Origin: Catajapyx aquilonaris | Taxonomy: Eukaryota | Assembly: GCA_000934665.2 (NCBI GenBank) | Contig: KZ538314.1 | Span: 62,001 to 93,367 of the forward strand | Direction: 5' to 3' | Length of the DNA stretch: 31,367 bases | Shown: positions 1 to 10,369 of the stretch, in pieces | How positions within the stretch are numbered: the stretch's first letter is position 1 | Layout: each line of letters begins with the position of its first letter | Program-made: the position numbers and the translations under genes | The notes under the pieces: model-generated | Told to the model about the DNA's origin: nothing | The model's input: only the letters and a program-made list of their open reading frames with translations | The model's database searches: none

Positions 1-810
1 GTAAGGGTTTGAGGGCAGTTACTCCATGAAGCGAGTCTCGGGGATTCTTGGTTTGGCACGAACCTGTTTTTGAGGTTTACCTGATGGCAGAAGCAAGCTT
101 GCACTTTGAATATGATGCGATCAGCAATGGGGCAACCGATTGTAATGAGATCCGGGCATCCATTCAATTTAAAATTCGAGTTTGTTAAAGCACCATTGTC
201 CAATTTTAAACAGCCGTAACTTTGATAAGCTTTTTAACACTGCCTTTGTGGCTCTTGGAGAATGCAAATGAATAAAGGAGCCTGAACTCCAAGCGCCATT
301 TAATTTGCCTTTTCATCAACGCTTTCTGAACAGAAATTGAATCTGCGTGCGTTGGAGCTTCCCCCCTCACTGAAATGACTATTGTTTTCATTCCACAAGA
401 TAACAAAATGAAATCATTAGCTGGCCTCATCACGCGCAATCAAGTGAGCATCAATAACAGGACCGGGGAAAATCCGAATGGGCCTGATGGTCCAATAAGA
501 CCCCCATCTAGACAATGATGTGCGCGAGATAAATTTCGCGCTGTACGTCAATATCGGAGGTCCGAGTCATATGTAATGCGAAACTCCCCTGCCTGCCGAA
601 ATTTCACCCCGGATATACACACAGAGGGGATTATTGGAAAATTCTTTGAAACTGCACGCCATAGTAAAATGAGGAGCCCTAGATGCAAAAGCCCTATCTC
701 ACTCCAGATAATATTTTGTGCGGCACTTAAAACAGCACCGGGTCGATCAGTCAGTCACCGGCAAAACTAAGCTACTATCGATCATATAGTGTACAAAAAT
801 ATAGACTCAC

Positions 811-874
811 AATAGGTCTCCTTGGTCAGCTTTTCTATCGTTTCCTGCTTCAGTTTGGAATTCTTCTTGCCCAT
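811..874 (-). CDS. Frq: Frequenin / neuronal calcium sensor-1 (canonical copy), coding exon 1 only; the rest of the gene lies beyond the left edge
   Basis: The minus strand reads ATG GGC AAG AAG AAT TCC AAA CTG AAG CAG GAA ACG ATA GAA AAG CTG ACC AAG GAG ACC TAT T|GTGAGT = [21 protein letters not shown](F). This closely matches the recalled Drosophila Frq N-terminus ([22 protein letters not shown]) and carries the myristoylation motif MGxxxS. The exon is 64 nt with a phase-1 GTGAGT donor, identical in length and phase to exon 1 of the plus-strand paralog. It is absent from the ORF track, and I found no exon 2 in 1-810. Confidence 0.9.
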
Positions 875-1257
875 TGTTGCACTGATTCAGCCACAGCACC
901 GATCAAGCTTACAGCACCGAAACCTTCACCACACTGCACTATTATTTCTTAGACTCGGAATGTAGTCAAATAGTCAAAAAGGCATGCCAAATAAATTAAA
1001 TCAGGCCATCAGGAGCGAGGAGAGCACTGGGTCCGATGTGGGTGACACCCTCAGAAGAGTGGTTCGGGATAGTTGGTCTGCTGGGGAAGGTTCGACGGAG
1101 CACATGCCAGGGCGTCGCGTCACGGCGCCGCCTCCACTTGCCACAATGCGTCCCCGACGTCTGCATCAGACCCAGGGAACGAGGGAGGGCGGGTATAGAC
1201 CGGGGGGTGAGTGGGGGAAGGCGGGGGGAAAGAGAGAAAGCCAGCACACCCCGACCC

Positions 1258-1266
1258 CTATATATA
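1258..1266 (-). promoter_or_regulatory. Candidate TATA box for the minus-strand frequenin gene
   Basis: Minus-strand TATATATAG lies about 390 nt upstream of the ATG at 874. A pyrimidine-rich stretch follows about 30 nt downstream, then a GC-rich putative 5' region. Motif match only. Confidence 0.3.
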
Positions 1267-4200
1267 CGCAGATGGCACTATCGACCTTTACCTGACTGGC
1301 AACTCACCTGAAAATATTATCTAAAACATCTAAAACATATTCCAATAGACACTTAGCTTATCTGAAGTGGACTCTTACTGGAAGATGTGACAGGCTGTAC
1401 CGATTTTTGGAGCAGGGAATATTGACAGGTCAGGCCAATCAGGAAGGTAGTCAAAAAAATGAGTTATGTGGGGAGGGGGGGGGATAGTGTGTCAATCACT
1501 AGGGCTATTCATGCTGTCGAAAGCCCCGCCAAAGGTTTCCTAATCAGAATGCAGGAGATCAAAGAGTTTAGGCATGAGCTGCGCCGCTTATATTTCGGGG
1601 AACGGTTCGATTGGGATGGGATTTAATAAGCGACACTGCAATTGTAACGAGGTAAGTGATAAAGCAAATCTGGAATAATGCAGTAACGTATGGTCATCAG
1701 AAGGATATATGGGAATGCCTTTATGCAAAACGTGTGAGGTTTAGTCGAATTGCAAACAGTTAACTTCAGCCATAAAAGTTGGGTGCAGCTTTTTTTTGTA
1801 TGAAAAAAATCGGCTGCGTCATATGCTAATAGTATTCTATAAATTATTTTTGACATTGATTCCAGTACGTTTCAACTTTTCCATATGTTGCTAACTATAA
1901 AGTCACTGCATCTGTTTCGTGTAGAGCGCAAAGTTTATTGCACTTTATGAATTATGAATATTCTTCGTCAACGTCTGCTGTAACTGAAACGACTAGGTAG
2001 CCCACAATCGCAATATTGAAAAATGTATTTTACAGTACCTGGTACTTCAAATTTTAAAATAAAATTTCAGCCAGAACAATGTTATTTTATAAAAAGCTGG
2101 CTTTATCTTAATAAAATATCCACAGGGCATGTTATCAGACTCTGTGTGTGTGCACTGTACTGAAAAACCTTCGTCAAACTACCGTGCAAAATTTCTTTGC
2201 GAATCAAGTCTAGGCAAGTGAACTTTTGTACAACCTAGTGTAGGTTCCCCTTAGGCTGCGCTAATAATTTATAGCTCAAAGGCGCCGACAAAGGTTAGGC
2301 AAATTAGAGTTTCCAGCTTAGCTTAACGAGTACACTGCAGTCTTTTTCTGTAATTCAAGCACACATGGGCCCACTCATCTTCATTTTCTGCAGCTGCGGT
2401 AGTCAAACTACACCTGTTTGAGTAGCTAGATCCCTTTGCACTGCATGGCCAAATCTCGAAACGTTTAATTCGCCGAATTTGTCGCTCAGAAGTGCTTGAA
2501 TTATGCAGGAAAGTACTCGAGGTAAAAGCCTTTAAAGCTACTGCACGGCTACGATTGGAATTTGGGATCACACATACGCGGCATACTTCCTGGATCAGGA
2601 AACGCCAGTTACAAAAAGGGAATGCTTATTTTCACAATCCCGACGCTAATTAATGGCCCACTACAGATAATTCTCGAGTTTACTTGGACGTCTAGCTAAT
2701 TGCCGATTAAAAGACTGCAGTTGGGTGTGGTCGCTTAGTCACGGAGCGAGGTTTTCAAGCATTCCTGTCTATACTATAGGGTGTGGAGCAAATGGAAAAT
2801 GGCCTGCGATTCGACAACAAACATTAGGTTTCAAAACCTTAACTTGATTGCTGGAAGGGCTCCACGTGGCATCTATCAGCCGCCAATCGAAGTTCAGTGC
2901 AGCTTTCATATAGGTAAGGTTTATTCTACACAGGTATCATTGCAATACAGAGACAGTGCCTACATTCTCCACCGTAAAACACAGGATTTTTGATTGTGTT
3001 TCTAAAACAATTAAAAAATAATTGTTTCCTATCGTACAGCAATAATAAAGTAATTTCTATGGACATCCGAACTCGTGAAAAATAAAATAATTTTTACACG
3101 ATAGTGCAAGTAAAAGATATTTAAATGGTATGTCTTTATAATTTATAGTAATTATTCAAATGGGCATGTATATTATGAAATTATGTGCTCTATCACAGAA
3201 AAGGAATTATTTTCTATCAAGAGCAAGTCCTACACTGAATATTTTGCAAACTTTCCTGAACATGATTCATATGCAGCACATTCAACAAATATTTTTGCCT
3301 CAATAATATTCGATTGTAACGCATTATTCCCCTGTATTCCCCTTTCTCTTAAAGCCACCAACCCCATGTTAAATACATCATTCGAACTCTAAAGCACTTT
3401 ATACGCAATATTAGAACTCATGCTCCCGCCATCATTATTATTACTTTAAAAACGCAAGTCAGATGCCATTCCAACATTTCAAATGAAAAAAACATTATTT
3501 ATGCGTTAGTACTCGTTCACTAAAAGTATCGAACTTTCAAATGTTCTTTGTCCCTATCCGGCAGATGGCAAGCAATCGAAAGTTGGTTATACTCGGTTAT
3601 ACTGTTCAGTTCACCTTTCCTCGGAAGATGGCAGGAACGGCTCCGACATTAGCCGAGCTGGAGTTGGCAAAACAACTACAGTATACTAGTGATATTATAC
3701 CGTGCACTAATATCTAATACTTACATAATAATAAGTCTGGAAAAGTTTCAAAAGAAATTATTTAAAGGCATACATGAAAAACCGGAAATATTTTGTTAAC
3801 TGTAACATCATATCCAGAAGTCATAATTATTCTTTAAAGAGCGTATTGACCTTTCCTATATTTGTGGCGTAAATGTCAACTTCTCGTTCACTCATTCTAT
3901 TTATTGCGTTACCATTTTAATTTTTAATTTCTACGTACACAATTATATTTCTGTCTTCTAAACTTCTCTTAGGAGCATCTGGAAAATTCGGAGGAATGCG
4001 AGGCATGATTTCAGACGAAGGATCCGTAATCAGAATTCGTTTCCATCCGTCAGCTCAACCGGTTGCGTAAGAGACTCTTAGCTGAGACTCTTGAAGACAA
4101 TTCCCAAGACTCCCTAATTGAGACGACAAAACCAGGAATTCGCTGTTCGGGACGGCTGGAATATACTTTCGATAGTTGTCACAAAAGATATGAACTCTGC

Positions 4201-4595
4201 TCATGCTCACCTCCCCATAGTTCCCGGACAAGATGTGCCGCTCATTGAAATATTCGTGCGAGGTGGACAGTGAATAAATTCTCAGGTGCGTACAGGTGCA
4301 AGGTACAGTAAAGTTCCATACGCCATAACCTGGCAACAACTGCGCGCCATCTATCAACAAAACAGTCCGCTCGCCTAGCGCCTCTTGCGTGACGCGTCTG
4401 AGTGCACCCGTTCCTTGTCTATGAACCCCCTCTAGATGGCGTTTCCGGACACGGGTTCCTATGTCAAAAATACTTGTCTTGGTCCCCTCTATTATCCCTG
4501 AAAGTCTTTGCAGAGTTACAATAAACACACTGTATATATGCATAGGTAACATACTAACATACGAGTAATAAGACTGGTTCAGTGTTGAGGTTACT

Positions 4596-6478
4596 TTATT
4601 GCCAATTGTTTTGCTTGCCGTCGTCCATTGCTTTCTTAGACATTCCGAGTTTTTTCATCTTTTTTCGCCCTTCGTTCACTTGCTTTAACACTTGCTTTAA
4701 CTGTAAGAAGTGGGATGACAATACAACATTTATGCTTAAAATGCATCATACGTGGTATGCAGTACTGAGGCGCAAGGCTACACTGTGAGAACTACACCGT
4801 ATGTGTATACGCACCTTTTTATCCACCATGCTAGAGACTGTCTTGGTCGACTTCAGGTCCCGAAGCATCTCGTCGAAAAGGTCAACGTTGGCACCGATGA
4901 TGCTGTAGTTGTCGAGGTCGAACAGACGCAGGTAGTCCCAATCCTCCTGAGTTATTTCCGCTTCTTCTCTGCAAAATGCATAAAACATGTGGCAAGTGTT
5001 ATGCCGTCCAGTATCCCATATAGGTACCGTACATGTAGTTCGCAACAGCCATGGTCTCTCGTAGTAAAGGCGACCTGGCGAACTTCCTGTACCGCGTGAA
5101 GATAGGCTTCCTCTCTTTGGTCACGTTGGGATCTATCAAGGCCAATATTTTGTACAACCGGTACCGATGCTTGTTCTTCCTGTGTTCCAGTCGGTGAAAG
5201 TACTGGTTGAATATTTCTGTCCGAAAGAGCCTGCCACACTCCATTTCCACCAGCTCTGTCTTGATGAATCTCAGGGTGATGCAGATGCCCTGAATAATGT
5301 ACCTGCAATGTTATGTAGGTACGTATCTATGCAATGCTCGATGAAATTGCGCAACACCCTAGAGGCCTAAAGAGAGTCTTCCAAATAAAATCCCATTTGG
5401 GATACGTAAACATGCCCTAGAGCCTAGATAATGGGCTCAAGCAGTTTATCACAGGCAATATATTCCCGTGTATACATACATGTAGAGAAGTTCATATCTC
5501 TCGCAGTCATTTTGGGCAACATTCTTGGTTGCATTGTAGACACCAGCATTGGACTTACTCCTCATCTCGTCCGTCCTGAGAAGGATGTTATAATAGCACC
5601 TGGACATCTTCCGTCTGACTTTCTTCAAAATGGTTCGGAGGCGATCCAGCCTCTCATGCGGAATTATTCGGTATTCATCTTTGTCGGTGTAGATATCCAA
5701 GCCCATTACACGAACCATAGCGAAGTAGATCTTGAAGTACCTGAAAAAGGAGACTATGAGCTTAATATTTCAATACAATGCTGATAGTGAAAGAATAATA
5801 ATCATACATGATGCAGTGGCTCAAAAATTCCATAGTGATTGGTTTATCGACCAATGAGATGAAGGAGTCTGGAATATTGCCATCCAGAACGAGATATCTG
5901 AGGGCCGCTATCTTCACATGCTCTAGGGATATTCCTGGGCGTTCTTCGTTATACTTCGTTGTGTTTAACGCTTCCCAGCGAACGCCTGGAAAAATTCAGC
6001 TCAATCTTAGATGTGGGCTGTGTATCATGTATGACGCCCTTATATGTATTGCTCGTCCTATATAATGAGGCCCTAGCCTTGGTGTGGGATTTGAGAAAGT
6101 ACACAAATAGCTGAACCATACATGTAAATAAGCCAGTGTTCCTCTATACCTGTATCAGCTCAAGTAAAACGTGGGCCAGGTGCAGCCCTGGCCATACTCA
6201 ACGATTATTATGAAATTCTTACTCAGTGCCTTCGAAGTCTGCTGAGCAGGCGTCAAAGGGCGCACCTCTTTTACATTTTCAGGTACAAGAGCCAATATTG
6301 CTGATGGGGGTGGCTCTGAGTCTTTCTGCTGCAACTGGAGGCAATTGGCAGCAGGATTCCATCGATACTGCTGCGGCCCCGCTGGAATGAAGACATCATC
6401 ATCGTCATCCTCTTCTTCTTCTACACCGGACAGTCGACGCACGAGTTCGGGTTTGACCGAGATCGAATAACGAGGCAT
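4596..6478 (-). CDS. PPP1R36: Protein phosphatase 1 regulatory subunit 36-like (PPPI_inhib domain), 6 exons, about 407 aa
   Basis: Exons (minus): 6478-6223, 5985-5808, 5740-5480, 5302-5033, 4968-4815, 4700-4596. All introns are GT-AG with consistent phases (1,2,2,2,0), totalling 1224 nt. The spliced protein contains ISLEHVKIAAL, ERYELLYMYIIQGICITLRFIKTELVEMECGRLFRTEIFN, ARSPLLRETM and YSIIGANVDLFD. These align in order with recalled vertebrate PPP1R36 motifs ([58 protein letters not shown]). The start codon and terminal exon are less certain. Confidence 0.8.
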
Positions 6479-7495
6479 CGCAATATACCGGTAACCTCAC
6501 CGTACGCTATACTGTTCCACGAGGGAAACTGGCGATTATAACTACATGGTCAAGTCTCCATTGTTTGCAACCAAACAAGCACAGGTTACCAAGGACTTGT
6601 CAAATCACCATGGTGCAGTAACACTGCTGACTGTTAAAATGTCAACTAATAAAATGTGATATTACTATTTATGTTATTGGCCTACATGCATTGGGCCATT
6701 TTCTCTTCAACACATCAAATATTGCTTGGAGCTGATTCGAACACAGTAATCATCGTGTTTATTACATTGTACACAAACGGTTTGATTAATTGTGACTCGA
6801 TCAGAGCACAAAACCGCGCTCGATTCATAATTGTGGTGCAGTCGGTCCCCATAATGAAAACACCTCCCCCAAACCGCCCCCTATAAACCTCCATCAAAAG
6901 TCTCTGTATATTTAAAAAAAAGACTCCAGGACGAATCCGAGATACACTCATTGATTTCGGATATCTTCGTGAGATAATCCACCGCACAAGACACGCCATC
7001 ATAAAATAGTCAAGAAGGCGACCCCGACTCATAAGCTTCCGTTTTGTCGTCAACTTCGTGCGGTCCGAGTTACCCAAAGAGAAGCAACGAAGCAACATTT
7101 CAACGAGTCTGCGGTATGGACCCTGCCGTCTGGTAAAAGGTGTCCAGGTTAAGAAAAGCCGGATGATGATGTCACCTCCATCAATAATCAATAACATTGC
7201 AATTTGACTGGAGGGATCCGTGAAGGTGTCCCCAGAGAGGGAGGTGTGAGTTTGGAAGTGAAGACCAGCTGCGACGGCGCGTCATTCCCATTGCCACCAA
7301 ATGTGTTAATTAATTTTGGAAGCTGCGAAAGAAGAGGGGTGGTGGAGGAGGAGGAGTTTGTGGGGGTAAAGTGGAGTGCCGGGTGTACACGCTGGAATTG
7401 CCAATTTGGAGGCCACCCCACCCAGAGATTTCACCGCATTTGCACCTGGGTGCCTGCCATTCGGTCACGAGGAGGGGGCCGGACAGGTTGCGTCC

Positions 7496-10369
7496 ATGGG
7501 CAAGAAGCAGTCCAAACTTCCGCCGGATGCTGTGGCCAAGCTTAAGGAGGACACCTACTGTGAGTTTCAACCAGTTTTAGACAAATATGAAGGACAGTCC
7601 TAAAATGACAATGGTGACAATATTTTCGATGTATCATTTGCATCCCAAAAATCGGGGAAACGTGTGCTGATGGTTGCATAGTGTTTGGTTGAAACTATTT
7701 TTGACAGAAAGTAGCATGCAAAAATAAGTGATATCAAAACTACAAAAATTTCTGGTTTCCATATTAAGGCATCCTAATCTGAAGATGTTCTTTGAAAACT
7801 TGTATGATAAGGATGCAATTATTTTTTGTTTCAAGTTCTCTTCCAACGTGATTAATCACGGTTACTTTGCGAAAGCAATTTTCATGAAACGCCACAAATT
7901 GAGCCTCTGGTGTAATATTTTAAGCTCCATTTTCTGACAAAATTGAAGCACATTGCGCCCCTGCAGCGGAGACCTGTTTTCAGTTCAACGTGATTACTGA
8001 GAGTTTGTATGATTAAACAATTACCGCATATAAAGTGGTGATTACGTCAACTTTTTCGCAGACGGAATTTGTTAATGATAGGAAATGCACAACGCGTTGC
8101 ACCATTAAAATTGAACTTGTTGCAATTAAACTGGGATCAATTAAAACTCTCCGACCATGCAAAATTTAATGGCTCTGTTCCCAACTTTAACCCCCGACAA
8201 TGCGCACTATAGTGCCATTTGGAAGAGTTGCGGTGTACCGAAAAAAACATTCCACTCCTGCCCATCTTCTCTGCCATCATTTGCATGTAATAAAAATTCA
8301 ACCTGTGACAATCAAGGGTTTTCAAGGTGAAAATGTATTTTTTTTAATGCAGCAATTTGTGTTTGCAACTCGTTACTTATTTCGCCCCACAATTTCCCCA
8401 TCATCCGATGTTAGTTGGATGCCTTTAGAAAATTAGATCCGCATTATTAGTGCTGTCGTCATCGGAAGCCACAGAATTACTGCACCTACGATGTAAAGCC
8501 CCTCAGCCCTGATTGTCACAGGAACGAAGGAATTATTGGAAAATTCATTTGTCGGCTTAGCATCATTCTATCTATTGATTATGCAAAATAAGAATGTTTG
8601 TCCTCCACATTAACACTGTATGACACCAATATTGTAATTGCAGTTAGCGAGAAGGAAATCCAACGCTGGTAAGTTACCTTTCACATTATACCATGTGCAT
8701 ATTATCAACATTAATTTCTACAGGTATAAAGGATTTTTGAAAGACTGTCCTGACGGCCTGCTAACTGAGGAGGTAATGTAATCTCTTTTTCATATTGTTG
8801 TTGTCTTGCATGTGTGTCATTGTCCGTACCGTCTACATGGCTCGTTTCCGAATCACCATGTCAATATTTAATGCAAATGAACAGACGCCTGTATTTTTTC
8901 CAGGGTTTTCTGAAGATATATCGTCAGTTTTTCCCGCAAGGAAACCCCACCAAGTTCGCAACCTTAGTCTTCAAAGTATTCGACGAAAACAAGGTGAGTT
9001 CAAAAAATATTTTACTCCCTACCGTGGTTATATATTTTTTTTAAACTCTGGTCCTTCGCCATCAAAACAATTTCAAGGCTCGAGGAAAGTACTTTAAAAC
9101 CTTAATTGACTGCCAGAAAGTTTGAAGCAAAGTCTTGGGGGCCATCAATAAAGGAAGGAAGTCATTCGGAAGACTTAAGAAAACGTTTTCTAAAGCAGTC
9201 GTCGCAAGGTTAAAATTATTTGGATCCCGTATAGAGTTCCCTGCCAATAATAGTCATCTTGAATTATTCGAGAATGTAATAGAAGTACTTACCATTTCCC
9301 AACAGGACGGCAGCATCGAATTTGAAGAATTTTTGAGAGCCCTTTCAGTCACATCCAGAGGATCTGTGGACGAAAAACTCTACTGTGAGTACCATCAATT
9401 TTACAATTGCGGTATGCAGAGGCTTGAAATTTGCATAGACAGTGTTGGGTTGACATTGCCGACCGTACCATAAACTATGAATCAAACAGATCCCACATGA
9501 ACCCAAATACGATCCAATTTTGATGAATACTGTCGCTTCGTGTTTAAAGGTCATTTTTGAAGTTTTGACTACTTTCAAGGTAATCGATAGGAGGAGATCG
9601 GACTATAGGGGGGAGGGGTCACTCGAATTTGCAAAACATCCAATAGACTGCGGTTACTATTGATCTGCCCTTTTATGCAAATCCAATAAATCGGTAGGAA
9701 AGTAGGGGGAAAGAACAATTGCGGGCAAACACGTGCAATGTGAAGTGACCTGAAGCGAAATACCGTCTGTTTTCAATCCAAGTTAACGTGTCGCATTCCG
9801 GTGATGAACAAACTAGCTCTGTCACAAACTGTCGCTGTGGTAACCGCTGGATTAAAATTGCCCATATCCAAAAACTGAGATGAACAAGCGTCCCCAAGCG
9901 CAGCTTTGTCACAGGGATAGTTGAACTCCACGTAGAGTTTGACGAACGGACCCATAATGCTCTAGTCTCGTTTGGTGGATGCTTTTCAGGGGCCTTTAAA
10001 CTTTATGACGTGGACAATGACGGCTACATCACCAGGGATGAAATGTACAACATCGTGGACGCCATTTTCCAAATGACGGTACGTGTCCAACAGGCTGTGT
10101 CATCATTAATCAGACACGGGGTCGTTGTCGCCAAATCATTCAGAGCAACAATCAGTAGAAAAACATTGTTGTTTAACTTTTGATGCTAATTTTTTCAGGG
10201 GAATGAGATGAAGAACCCGCAGGTGAGTGAGGAGCTTAGGAAAAAGGTTGACCGGATATTTGATGAGATGGACGCAAATGGTGACCAGAGACTCACGCTG
10301 GAGGAATTTAGGGAAGGCAGCAAGAAGGACCCGCAGATTGTCAGTTCGCTCTCTTTTGGTCCTATCTAA
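7496..10369 (+). CDS. Frq: Frequenin / neuronal calcium sensor-1 paralog (EF-hand Ca2+ sensor), 7 coding exons, 188 aa, complete
   Basis: Exons: 7496-7559, 8644-8668, 8724-8772, 8904-8993, 9306-9384, 9990-10078, 10199-10369 (567 nt, all GT-AG, phases consistent). Protein: [188 protein letters not shown]. It has the N-myristoylation motif, the inactive EF1 (CPxG) and three EF-hand loops ([36 protein letters not shown]). Confidence 0.97.

Noticed and set aside
3565..3689. P-loop-like AGVGKTTT in a short plus-strand frame after an acceptor-like site
   Set aside because: The first Gly of GxxGxGKT is missing, a stop follows three codons later, and there are no flanking NTPase exons.
3923..4057. 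In-frame TGA at 4055-4057 followed by an open frame (selenocysteine or readthrough?)
   Set aside because: The context is TGA-G, no SECIS is evident, and the upstream frame is itself only hypothetical.
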